NCBI RefSeq assembly: GCF_009914755.1
Contig: NC_060925.1
DNA length: 64,000 bases
Source: the human T2T-CHM13v2.0 reference genome, Homo sapiens
Direction: 5' to 3' (one strand)
Shown here: positions 1-13,688 of the stretch, one piece after another
Layout of the letters: every line of letters begins with the position of its first letter
How positions within the stretch are numbered: position 1 is the first letter of the stretch
Position numbers and translations under genes: made by a program
The notes under the pieces: model-generated
Seen by the model: only the letters and a program-made list of their open reading frames with translations
The model's database searches: none
What the model was told of the DNA's origin: nothing

Positions 1-64
1 GTAATCTGCCCACCTCAGCCTCCCAAAGTGCTGGGATTACAGGCATAAGCCACCACGCCTGGCC
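1..64 (-). mobile_element. Alu, 5' end (cut by window edge)
   Basis: CCTCCCAAAGTGCTGGGATTACAGGC...CCTGGCC is the reverse complement of the Alu 5' end. Confidence 0.95.
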
Positions 65-369
65 AAGAAGGGCCTTCTCTACTGCTACAAAAATATTAAC
101 TATTTAGCATACCTTTCTGCTCTCTGATAGCCACCTCGTGCCTATGCATCAAGATGCTATAAATAAATACAAACCTTGGTTGGTGAGAGAGGTCTAGTTT
201 GGAAATACACATACACTGAAACCAATTCCTGCATGGAGTTGGGAAACAGAGATATTTGCTTTTTCTCTGTGAAAAGTCAACAGGAGCATAGCAAGGGAAC
301 TCATTTTTGCTGATCACCTTCTCTCGGCTAGGCTTTTTTCATAATTTATATGCAGGAAAAGTGATTAAC

Positions 370-472
370 CTTTGCAAATTAGGAAACAAGGTATCCAAAA
401 AGTTAAGTAATTTATCTAATGTCACATAGATAGCAAGTGGCAAAGCTGAGATTCAACCTTACAGCTCTCTGA
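370..472 (-). mobile_element. MIR fragment
   Basis: GGAAACAAGG..AAGTTAAGTAATTTATCTAATGTCACATAG..AAGTGGCAAAGCTGAGATTCAACC resembles the antisense MIR core. Confidence 0.7.
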
Positions 473-588
473 CATTTAAGTTTCAACATCTTCCAAAAGT
501 CCAAATAGCCAATTCATACAGCTTTACTCAAAGTACAGTGTGAGTCGTTTATGATCCATTTCATTTTTTACATAAAATGTTAGCAAGA

Positions 589-879
589 GGCTGAGCATGG
601 TGGCTCAGTCCTGTAATCCCAGCACTTTGGGAGGCTGAGGCGGGTGGATCACGAGGTCAGGAGCTCAAGACCAGCCTGGTCAAGATGGTGAAACCCCATC
701 TCTACTAAAAATACAAAAATTAGCAGGGCGTGGTGGTGGGTGCCTGTAATCCCAGCTACTCGGGAGGCTGAGGTGGAGGATTGCTTGAACCCAGGAGGTG
801 TTGCAGTGAGCCGAGATCACACCGTTGCACTCCAGCCTGGGCAACAGAGCAAGACTCTGTCTAAAAAAAAAAAAAAAAA
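589..879 (+). mobile_element. AluS, full length
   Basis: Dimeric Alu with A tail; TSD GTTAGCAAGAG at 579-589 and 880-890. Confidence 0.97.
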
Positions 880-1626
880 GTTAGCAAGAGAATAAAATAA
901 TCAGGTGAAATTTTTGAGTAATTCAATTTTGCTATTTTTAAGCCTTCCTCTTAAAACTTTAACAAATTGGCATATGCAGCTAACATTTGGAATTTGGGAA
1001 GCTCCATTTGAATTTTAATTATTTAGTCTTCCCTTTGCTCACCAGCATGGATAACTGATAGCTTTTTAGGTGAATATTTCAGTACATTTCCTTTTCCTAT
1101 GGAGTTGACAGCCTGGATTTCATAGACAGCCACCTCTGAAGACCTGAGGAAGGTTAGAAATCTGGGCCTCTATGACATCAAGACCTTCTCAAGTGACGTG
1201 TTATTGTTAAATACTAAAGACTTTGGAAAGAACTTCACCTGATTCAATCACTTATATCATTCAAACTAGTAAAAAGATGATGCCAGTAGATATGTTATGT
1301 GTATTTAATATTGCTACCAAAAGCAAGCGCTAAAAAGCTTATACAAAGAGACATACTCAAAAGCACTATAGATTAATCAAAATGGAATTATCAAAAATGT
1401 TCAAGTAGCTCATGGGAAGGTATAAAAAAGAAAACAGAGAAAACAGAAATGACAACAGACAGAACAAACAGAAAACAAAGATAAAATGACAAACTTAAGA
1501 CCTAACATGTTACTGATTACGTTAAGTGTAAATGATCTACATACACCAATCAAATAACAGAGAGTGGAAAACTGAATTAAAAATCGTGATTCAACTAAGT
1601 GTTGTCTATAAACAACTTACTTCAAA

Positions 1627-1730
1627 CCTGGGCAACATAGTGAGACCTCATCTCTACCAAAAAAGAAAAACAACAACAACAGCAACAACAAAACAAATTA
1701 GCTGAGCATGTTAGCACAAAACAAAAACAA
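1627..1730 (+). mobile_element. Alu internal fragment inserted in L1
   Basis: End of left arm, (CAA)n linker, ~20 nt of right arm, A-rich tail; TSD AACTTACTTCAAA at 1614-1626 and 1731-1743. Confidence 0.85.
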
Positions 1731-2188
1731 AACTTACTTCAAATATAATGACAGAGACAGGTTGAAAGTAAAAAGATAGAAAAAATGTTATCATGTAAAT
1801 ATTAATCCAAAGAAAGAGTGGGCCATAATAATATCAGATAAAGTAGACTGCAGCACAAAAAAAGTTATTAAAGAGAGAGGGAGAGAGAGAGAGGGATAAT
1901 GTATAATGATAAAAGGAACACTATACCAAGAGGATTACATCAAGAAGACATAACAATCCTAAATGTGTGTGCACCAAACAACGGGGCTATAAGATATGTG
2001 AAGCAAAAACTGACAAAATTGAGAAGAGAAATAGACAAATTAGCAATTATAATTGGAGACTTCAGTACACCTCTTTCAACAACCAATATAATAAGTAGAC
2101 AAAAAATTAACAAGGACTCAACAATATCATCTATCAACAGGCTCTAACTGATGTTTATAGACTGTCCCACCCCATAACAACAGAGTAA

Positions 2189-2501
<313 letters not shown>

Positions 2502-3456
2502 GTTGGGCCATAAAACTTTGACAAATTTAAAAGAAATGAAAACATACAAAATGTGTTATCTAATCACAATGAAATATAAGTAGAATAACAAAAAGATAAC
2601 AGAAACATCTCCAAACACTTGAAAGCAAAACTACATCCATATAAATATTCCTGGGTCAAAAAGGAAGTCTTAAGAGAACTTTTAAAAAATTCATTGAAAT
2701 AAATGAAAGTGCAACATATCAAACTTTGCAGGATACAACTAAAGCAGTACTTGGAGGTATATCTCTGTCCTCTGAATCCCCCAGCATTTTTCATGTTCCT
2801 TTTGCAAAACACTAAACTTTCTATTTTAAAACCATTATTTGTGCATCTTTCTTCTTCCTTAGATTGTGGGTGGAAACAATCTTCCTTATTTTTCTATGCT
2901 AGCATCTGGCTCAGTGCTCAGTAAAAGTTATTTGAATAAATGAATTACTGGACAGAACAAGCTACTTAGCTAAATGGAATTGAGGCCAAACCAGTTCCTG
3001 CATGGAGTTGGGAAGTGTTTTTAGTGATCTTATGCAAGGTACCTGGGCCGTTACACAATGGGGGCCACTGCACAGGCACAATTCTGAGCAACTGCCTAGT
3101 TTGTCTCACAGAAGAGCCTCCCTGGATATATAGCTGCCAAAAGTAGCATTTGCCAATAAACAATGAAAGTAGAGAAAATTCAACATACACAATTCCATAT
3201 CTCTGTCCAGTTTGGTAAAGATAACTTCTTTAGTTAATTAAATCAGATCTGGCCTCTGGCCTCCTCTTATTCCCCTGCCTCAACTCTCCAACTTTTCCCA
3301 TGCATCTCTCTTTCCCCTGCTCTATTCATAGAACCATAAAACCTCAATTCAGAAGGACAATAAAGGTCATCTAGTGTGGCTTCCCACTTAAAACCTAAAT
3401 ACCCTATAGTTAACATGGGGTTGAGCTATAAGTTTTTCTCAGAACCAACTCAACTT

Positions 3457-3762
3457 GGCCAGGTGCAGTAGGTTCATGCCTGTAATCCCAGCACTTTGGG
3501 AGGCTGAGGTGGGCCTGGAGGAGTACGAGACCAGTGTGGGCAACATAGTGAGACCCTCTCTCTACAAAAAATAAAAAATTAGCCAGGTATGGTAGTGCAC
3601 ACCTGTAGTCCCAGCTACTCGAGAGGCTGAGAGGCAGGAGGATTGCTTGAGCCCAGGGGGTCAAGGCTGCAGTGAGCCATGATCATACCACTGCACTCCA
3701 GCCTGGGGGACAGAACAAGACCCTATCTCAAAGACAAAACCAAAACCTAACAAACAAACAAA
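3457..3762 (+). mobile_element. AluJ
   Basis: Diverged dimeric Alu with GGTCAAGGCTGCAGTGAGCCATGATC (J type). Confidence 0.93.
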
Positions 3763-5856
3763 GAATGGACTCAAAATCCTCTGAGAAGAGCATTAGTATG
3801 AATCAAAATGTAAGGCTAAGTTTAGTAACTGAGGAGGTGAACTAAGAGAGAAGCTGTGAATCCCCCAAAACAAGCATTTCTACTAAACACATAAAGGCAA
3901 ATATATTTTTGGAAACATAGGTATAGTCAAAAGTTGAAAACACGTTTCTAAATGCCAGCATGAGAAAATCTGTCAATAGTCTTACATAAGGCTGATTTTA
4001 TTCCTAAAGTACAATAAAATCCCTAACTATACACAGTCTTGACAATGTATTTCCAAGATTCTGTAGATGTGTTTACATCTCATTCTTTTCCTTCACAATT
4101 GATAATGCAGTCAATTGGCTGATATATCCAATATCCTACGTAGTTATATTTCTCAATGGGAGTAAGTAAATGGCTCTCTTGTTTTTATACATGTGTCTCT
4201 CGTGAGTTTGGTAAATTAGTATCTTAGTGTTTTTTGTCTCTTAGTGTACTTGTAATTTAATGTGTGAGCCCACAAAGAGGATAACCCTTCCAGGAAATCT
4301 GGTGACTATGTTCAAGTGATGCCACCCTTTGGTAAACTTGCTAGATGGTCAGCCAGTTTGCCTTGCCTAAGTAACATATGACTTTATCCCAGGCCTCTCT
4401 ATTCAGATGACCACATCCTAACAATAGGTCACACTGCTTATACCTGGCTCCTGTTAGAAAGAGAGAACTCAGTATTCATGAGATTACTTTCAGTCTTTGG
4501 CTGGTGCCTTTAGAAATGCTAAAACTTGCCATTTCCTTTTTTTCTCGTTGATCCTCATTCTACTCCTTGGAGCTATGGTGAGAAAATTTGAGCTTTAGTA
4601 AAGACAATGTTAAAAACCTAAAATGACAAACTAAATGAAGTAAAGAACCATGTAGCAGCAACAATAACATTATCTCTGCGCTTTTATTTTTCTTTTTTGA
4701 TAATTAAAAAGCAAGGCAAGTACAGATACAGCAATCATCACCCCCATCAAAAACCTCACCAGAGGGACTCAAAGCCTGGGGGAGCCAGGGCTGCGAGTCA
4801 GCGGCAATTACCCTCCCACTGTGAAGTCAGCAGGACCCATGGCTGACTTAACCTCACCAGCCTCACTCAAGGTGCATAGCAACCAGCATTATTATAGTCT
4901 ACTTAATAGTGTGTGCTACCTGCCAGGATTGTACATTAAGAAAAGGAAAGACTAGTGGGACCTGTTTGTCAGGCCCTAAAACTAGAATTTTCCTGGTTAT
5001 ACACACCACAAAATGAGTGTCAGCAACATTAAATAGTGGCAAGAGTGATGGGATCAAAAAGTTTGACTCGTGGTCTGCTGTCATTATTAGATGATGTAGC
5101 ACCCACGTAGACTGACAAAGTCACATTTCTAACTTAGAAACAGTCTACCTCTTACTTTAGCTTTAAGGTGTACATTTGGCTTAAATTAGAGCTCTGAGCA
5201 TTTTCTTGAAGCTGATTTTGAATTTATTAAAGAGTGTTTAAACCTTGAGATGGTGATGGGTGACTTCATAGAAAATGTGGACTCCAGAGCTAAAATGTTC
5301 CAAGCAGCTGATTGGAGGCGATGATTGAAAACTTTCATCTCCTCCAATAGATGAGTCAGTCACTTCTACGTTTGAACTTTCCCCTTGCGTCTCAGCTTCT
5401 AAATCCTGTTGGGATGCTGAAGTGGTCTGAGTTTGAAATATTAAACAGCATATCTGTGAGGCCAGCTGTAGGCTTTTAATCATTTGTAATTGTGACTCCT
5501 GGATGATAATAATTGATACAAAATGACCAGCAAGCCTAACAGACTAGATATCTTTCCTAGTTCTATCTTTTGGCATGTGGCCTCTGGGTTATTTCACAAG
5601 ACACCTTCCCAGTCGCCCAGGCTAAAAGATTGGGGCTAATTTTCTTCACCTTCCTCTTCCCCTAACATCCCATTGGTTCTATTTAGAAACATGTTTGCAT
5701 TTGCCACCTCCTTTCTATAACCACTGTCAGTGCTCTTTACCTTTCCCATCAGTTCAGGAGCCCCTAAACTAAAAAACACATTGACTATTAGCAGTTGTTA
5801 CCTCTGGGTGAAAGATTAACAAGCTGTACATTATATAGCTAAAAATGTAAAAGATA

Positions 5857-6264
<408 letters not shown>

Positions 6265-7257
6265 TTATTCCAACAGGCCTGTTTGATGTGATAGGACAAG
6301 GATGGGATAGGCACATTTGAGAACAAACACATTTCTGTAAGTTTTTCTCATGTCACATAACCCAGAACCAAACTTTAGTTCCTGTAGTGGCTAACGCAGC
6401 ACAACTGTCTTCTATAAATAGTCAGAAAAACTCAGTCTGGATTCTTATACAATATCATCTGACAGACATGATGGAAAAGGCATGTTACTAGAGGGCTGGG
6501 AGAAAGAGGAGTGAAGGAATGAGGAAAAAAGAAAGTCTTAAACCATTCCTAATATGAACTGATTTTTAGATCCTCAGTGTTAGACATGTGTAATAGGAAC
6601 TGCCTTTATCCGAGACTCGCTGTTGAGACTCACTGGCTTACCATCACTGAGGAGTACCAGCAGCCCTCCCTGATTCACCTCTTTTTGCACGTATCACAGG
6701 TGCTATTTATGGAGCTGCCTGGGCAAGCTGCCTGGCCCCAGGGTCCAGCCCCAAGGAGGCCCTGCGTGCTTGGGGACAGGCTCTACTAAGGTTGGACAAT
6801 TTTCAAAACTAGCCAACAGCTGCTACTGGGTTTTAAGAAAAAATGCCAACAGGGTAACGGGGAGGACAACACAGCAACTCTCGTGAAAAAAAGTTTTCAT
6901 CTAGCCTCCTCACTTCCTATTGGATCCAGGCTGTAAATGGACCACACCCGCTTCTCATTAGCCCAAAGCCTGCAGGCTCAGGGGACCTGAGCGGGTAGCT
7001 TTGGGCTGCGAGTCAGTCTCCTCTTGGCTCAACTTCTCTGCAATTACTGCTTGTGGGGACTCTGGGATTAGGCCACAGCTTGTGTTTGCTTCTGCGGTCA
7101 AATGAGTTGCTGAGGCATGGGAGAAGGTACTAGAAGCATTTACCAAACATGCCTTCATTAATGAATACCTGCCTTAGCGAGAGCACCTGGATTGTATTTA
7201 TAAAGAGCAAGGAACTAAGTAAATAAGACACACTCAACAAATGTCTGTTAAATGACT

Positions 7258-7570
7258 AGCAGAACACGGTGGTTAAGAGCATAGGCTCTGGAGATGGCCT
7301 CACTGGGATTCAAGTCCTGCTTAGCCATATGACCTTGGTAAAGTTGAAGCTTTCTAAGTAAGAACACCTGGTTTCTTGTTCAGACTCTAGTTTAATGACT
7401 GAGTGTGCAAGTCGTTGAACTTCTCTAAGTCTCAGTTTTCTCATTCATAAAGTGGGATAATTATACCTGCCTTGTCTAGCTTACAAGGTTGTCAGTGAGA
7501 TCAAATGAGACAATGTCATAAAAGCCTTTTATAAGTTAGAATATCCTATACAAATGCAAGCTATTATTAT
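7258..7570 (+). mobile_element. MIR fragments
   Basis: GTGGTTAAGAGCATAGGCTCTGGAG and TCTCAGTTTTCTCATTCATAAAGTGGGATAAT match the MIR head and core. Confidence 0.8.
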
Positions 7571-8140
7571 GGATAATTCTAGTGACTAGTGAATAATAAA
7601 CTAGTGGAACCAACAATCCCATTGTCACCAACTAAATCTTACAGAGCAATTTCCCAGTTCCACCCACTCTACCTTCTAGGCACTTCCACCTACTTCCTCC
7701 TATGACTTAAATAAATGACAAGAGAAAGAGAGTACCATAATAATTTTTCTAATTAACTTTCTCAATCAGAGTCCCATGAAGATGTGTGCCAAAGACAAGA
7801 GGAATGTGTAGCAGAGTGTTTACTGTTTCTTTTAGGTCAGCTCTTTATTCCCCCACATATTTTTCACTTTGTTTGTCTCAGTGCTCTGAGACTGAGCTCA
7901 TCTTCACTTTGTCTTCTGGGCATACATCAGCAGGTGAGGGTTCTGGTCTCTGTTTCGCCACAGTTGGCTATATGAGCATGCATGAGTTACATTCTTTTTA
8001 CGCCCTCACTTTCTCCCATCTGCAAGACAGGGATTAAAGTAAATTACCCATTGGTCTTTTTCAGTCCTGTGGGTCTATAATTCTTTTAGAAGTGGGTTCC
8101 CTAACCCATCAACCCACTCTGAACATCTGAACAACTTTCC

Positions 8141-8274
8141 TTTTTTTTTTTTTTGGTAGAGACAGGACCTTTCTATACTGCTCAGGCTGATCTCAAACTC
8201 CTGGGCTTAAGCTGTTTTCCTATCTTGGCCTCCCAAAGTGCTGAGATTACAAATGTGAGCTACCATGCCTGGCC
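8141..8274 (-). mobile_element. FLAM / Alu monomer
   Basis: T tail plus left-monomer sequence; TSD ACAACTTTC. Confidence 0.9.
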
Positions 8275-8427
8275 CAGACAACTTTCTTCAATCTTTTTGG
8301 TAGTAGGCCTGTGTAATTTGTGCTGGGGTAAGATTTAGTGCAAAAGAAAAAGTCACAAACACAGTAATAACAGAAGGTGTCTGCTAAGCTAAGCTTCTCT
8401 CCAAATCTTCCCATCCCGCACCCCCAC

Positions 8428-8714
<287 letters not shown>

Positions 8715-9589
8715 TCCTCTCCCCTTCTGAAGCTTTCTCTAGAGTGGGTTAAAAAGAGAAAGCCCCTTTTTAAAGAGGTAAACGCCACAGTTGGGAAGTT
8801 GGAGTAGATTTGGATTGTGAAACTGGATTAGATCCTTAGCACATTTATATATATATTTTTGCAATTTGGGGCCAGCTAATTAGCTTGAATCTTGGTTTCC
8901 TCATCTTTAAAATGGGGCTAACATCTGCCTTATTTACTTTATAGGCTTGTTGTTAGGAGTAAATGAAACATAACGTAAAAGCACTTTGTCGTCTTTATTT
9001 GCAATACAACAGAGGTTGATTCTGGCATCTGAGGGCATAACTGGGAACTTAGATCTATGCAGACCAAAAACCAAAAATAGAATCACCATTGCACAGAGCC
9101 TAGAATAAAAGCATTACTAGCTGCCTACCCATCCTTCCCTCTCCACAGTAAATTTTTCCCAGGACCTTTGCATTGAGCTACTTGCTGAATATTCTTATTC
9201 TCAGATGATTCAGACCTGCTTTCTTTAAAATGCCTCATATGTCTAACACGTAACTACCACTGTATTTAGAAACCTCTGAGCAGAGCCACGGAATCTGGAA
9301 CTGCTTCCCGCAGCCAAGCTCCATAGGTACACGACACAACTGCCAGCTGCTTTTCATTGCAAATCAGCTTGATCCAATTGCACTGACAGCGACAGGCTGA
9401 ATGTAGGCCAGCAGCAGGGGTTCATACTGGCTGAATGTAAGCCAGCTCATATACTTGAAGAGGACTAGCTAGGACAAGTCACTTCACCACTTAGCATAAT
9501 TACCTTTAATGGGTTTAGGGCTGTCTACCTGGAGGAAGTGAACGACTTACGAGATTCTATGAACCTATTTTCCTCTTCCCAGTCCACAC

Positions 9590-10815
9590 TCTCTCACCTG
9601 AGTGATCTCATTTTTTCCCAACCTTTTCTGATGACTTCTACATCTCTATCCTGAATCTAGATGTCTCATCTCTGGTCTAAGCTATCATCTGTCCACCGCT
9701 TGTCTTACCTGGATGTCCCACTGTCACCTCTAACTCAACAGGTTCCAGGTGGATGTCCTCATCCACATATCCACAAACCAGCTTCTGCCCTCCTTCTGGT
9801 ACTTTCTTTCCAGTGATCTCTATCTTAGTGAATGACACTTCATCCACCCAGTCATCTAAACAAAGGGATGGCCCTTGAAATCTCCCTCCTACAGCCCATC
9901 TTTCATCAAGCCTTAGCAATTGTACTTCCTCAATATCTCTGGAATTTATCTACTTCTCTCCATCCCCGCTGCCACTAGCTAAATTCAGGGTGTGATTATC
10001 TTTTACCTGAATTATTGCAAGAGCCTTCCAACTGGTTTTCTCACTCCTACTCCAGCCCTCCCCCCACCAATCCATGTTCCACAACAGGGATGTTCTGAAG
10101 TTTGCAAGTCTGATCAGGCCACGGATTTCCTTGCTCAAATGTTTAAATAGCTTTTCAGTCCTTAGGGAAGAAAACTCAAGCTCCTTGACATGGCCTTCCA
10201 GGCCCAGCGTAATGTGCCAAGCTTACTTCTCCAGCCTCACTTTTCATCATTCCCTCCCTTTCATCTATGTTCTGGTCCAGTGGCTCTCATCTCAACCTGG
10301 CTGCACATTAAAGTCACCTGGGAAGCTTTTAAAACATACCCAAGGCTGGGCTCTATCCAAGACCAATGAAACCAGAACCTCTGGCCGTGGAGCCCTAACA
10401 GGCTGCTTCTGAGTTCCAGCAGAGCAACACCCACTCTCTCATCTTTTATCCTTTGCACACACTCTTGGCTTTGACTGAGATACTTTCCCTTGACCTCGCT
10501 TCCCCTCCTGCCACCTGGCTGACTCATTCATCCATCAAGCCTCAACTGGGGCATCACGTTGTGCCCCAAGAAGCCCTCCACCAGCCTGGTGCTCCGGGTC
10601 TGGGTTAGTTGCCTCCCACATGTGCTTCCAGAGAGATTGCTCTGCATTTTGCCTACTGGCCGTAGCACCTGTCATCCTATACCATCCTTGCCTGAATGCT
10701 CTGCTGGACTTGAAACTATGAGAGCAGGGCTGGGCCTGCCTTGCTTCCCCCTGAACCCCCAGCATCTAGCACAGTGTCTGCACATAGTGTGTGCTCACAG
10801 TGTTTATGGAAATCA
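9590..10815 (+). mobile_element. L2 3' region (decayed), with a MER5A insertion at ~10277-10410
   Basis: ACCTGGATGTCCCAC..CTCAACA and the terminal CTAGCACAGTGTCTGCACATAG are L2 landmarks; CCTGGCTGCACATTAAAGTCACCTGGGAAGCTTTTAAAA is MER5A-like. Confidence 0.8.
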
Positions 10816-12138
10816 CTAGTTAGTTTTATAGAGTGACCCTGGTTACTCCGGACTTGCCAGTCCTTTGTAGTAGCAAGGTCTCTAGTCATATCCATTTCTG
10901 AGTTCCTTTATTCACTCATCTGTACATTCTCTTAACAAAATTTGAGAATCTGGTATATTATAGGTACTAATCATTTCAAAATAAAATTGGACTTTTTCAA
11001 GTTAAAAATTCTTCACTATTGGGATCTGAGATATATCTGAGGCGAGGCAAGGAAAGGATCTCACAATTTCAGTTTGCCTTGGTCACAGAACCACAGCCAA
11101 AGACCTAGGCAGCTTCCTGTTTGTGTTCGCCTTACTCTTCTTCCTTACAGGGAACCAGGCCAGGAATGACAATCATTTCCAAGGACTGCCTCTCCGGATG
11201 CTTGAGACCTTGAACAAGAATGACTAAAAAATTGAAGGGATTATAGTAAGCCCTGAGTTGATGATGAAAACAGGTAAACACTGGCTTCTTGAGCAGCCAA
11301 TAAGGGAAAACACAGGTGTACATCATCCCAACCCACCCTGCTCGGGGAGCCTCTATCCCCACCAACAGCTTTAGAGGCCCACCTGCAGAAACCAGACAGC
11401 CAGAGCCCTGGGACTATAGTGAGGTTAGTGTGTATGATTCCCAGGGAGTGTGGAAATTCCTCAGCTCTTCTCCAACCTGCACAGAACTGGTTTTACGCAT
11501 CAGAACTCTGTATCATCACCAAGAAGACCTGGTGAGATCCCAGCTTCACCTCATATAAGTGAACCAAGGAGAGTAAAACTAACCAAATGCAAGTGGAAGG
11601 GGAGAGGGAGAAGAAAGGGTAGGAGGCAGAGGCAAGAAGAAACCTAAATCATAATAGTGGTAGTAGTAAGATTGGCTAACATTTAGTGAACACTTACACT
11701 GTGCCAAGCATTGTGCCTTACATTCAGCCCTTACAAAGAGACCTCAAACTCTGATCACTGCTGTGGATACAACCCTGTGTTCTTAGCCATGATGCCAAAA
11801 TCTGTGCTGGGAATCAAGTCAAGAGAAGGCTAATGGCTTGGAGATGTGAGGAAAATGGAGCAATTGGATTGTCTGCTTTCATGGAGGTGGGGTAAAGGAG
11901 GCTTGGAAAAGATGGGGGTTTTGAAGAACAGAGAAATTCCAAGCTGGAGATGGTTGAATGAGAGCCCCAGATTATGATGATGAAGGCTGGAATATGACTA
12001 TGCTGTACCTGGATGGCTACGTTGTGCTGTGTAGAAGGAAGATGGGAAGTGATCAAATGTCACTGAAGTAGAAGATGAAGTCATCAAAGATGGTTGGGTT
12101 GGTGGGAAGAACAGGAGGATAAAAATTTCATTCTTCTT

Positions 12139-12397
12139 GGCTGGGAATGGTAGCATACACCTGTAATCCCAGCATTTTGGGAAGCTGAGGCAGGCGGATC
12201 ACTTGAGGCCAGAAGTTCAAGACCAGCCAGGCCAACATGGGGAAACTCTGTCTCTACAAAAATATAAAAAATTAGCCGGGTGTTGTGGCACACACCTGTA
12301 ATCCTAGCTACTCAGGAGACTGAGGCAGGAGTATCACTTGAACCCAGAAGGCAGAGGCTGCAGTGAGCCAATATCACACCACTGCCCTCCAGCAGAG
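12139..12397 (+). mobile_element. Alu lacking a poly(A) tail
   Basis: Ends CTCCAGCAGAG; TSD TTTCATTCTTCTT at 12126-12138 and 12398-12410. Confidence 0.93.
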
Positions 12398-12419
12398 TTT
12401 CATTCTTCTTGTCAGTTTG

Positions 12420-12935
12420 AGCTCTGCTGTGTGATAGGCAATACACTAGACTCTGTGGATACAGAGGTGGACAGGACAAATAGGGCCCTGTGAACATAGA
12501 GCTTATGTTTTGTAGGAGTGACAATCATCAGCAAACAAGTATGCAAGAAAGATGCCACATAACGTTAAGTGTCGGTAAGTGACAGAGTGGGCACTGCAGA
12601 TTGGGTGGTTCAGGAAGGCCTCCTTGAGAAGGTGACATTTAAGTGGGATACCAAAGGCAAGAAGAAGTTAGCCATGCAAAAATCAGGGGGAAGAGCATTT
12701 CAAACCCAGAAAACAGCGGGTACAAAGGCCCTAAGTGGTAACAAGTCTGGCAGGAAGAAGAACAAGGCCAGGGTAGTTGGAATGTAATGAATAGCCAGGG
12801 AGTGGTATGGGATGAGGTCTGAGAGGTGGGCAAGCACTGGATCATTTAAGACCTTATTGTCCACAGTTTGTTGTGTGGATTTTAATCTAGGGACAGTAGG
12901 AAGCTGTAAAGAGTTTTCACTGGAGGAGGGATGAT
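12420..12935 (-). mobile_element. L2 fragment
   Basis: CAGGAAGGCCTCCTTGAGAAGGTGACATTTAAG and GAAGAGCATTTCAA..AAAGGCCCTAAG are antisense L2 motifs. Confidence 0.8.
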
Positions 12936-12940
12936 CTGGG

Positions 12941-12960
12941 GTGCGTGTGTGTGTGTGTGT
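12941..12960. repeat. (GT)n microsatellite
   Basis: GTGCGTGTGTGTGTGTGTGT. Confidence 0.9.
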
Positions 12961-13137
12961 TTATAAAAGTTATCTTAACTATGGAGTGGCAATGGATTAG
13001 AGAAGAGAAATAGGGTCCCCAGAAGAAACAAACTGTCTTTCACAAGCCATCGTTGGGTTGAGTTGGGTTTTATTTTCTCAGATCTTGAAGTAGAATGCAT
13101 TTCCAAGGGTCAATTCCCAAGGTCGAGAGTAATCAGA

Positions 13138-13688
<551 letters not shown>

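Noticed and set aside
1899-2147. 82-aa ORF with endonuclease motifs
   Set aside because: Fragment of a dead L1 ORF2 with flanking stops and Alu insertions.
5238-5483. 81-aa acidic Ser-rich ORF in unique sequence
   Set aside because: No recognisable homology and no convincing splice sites; length is within chance expectation.
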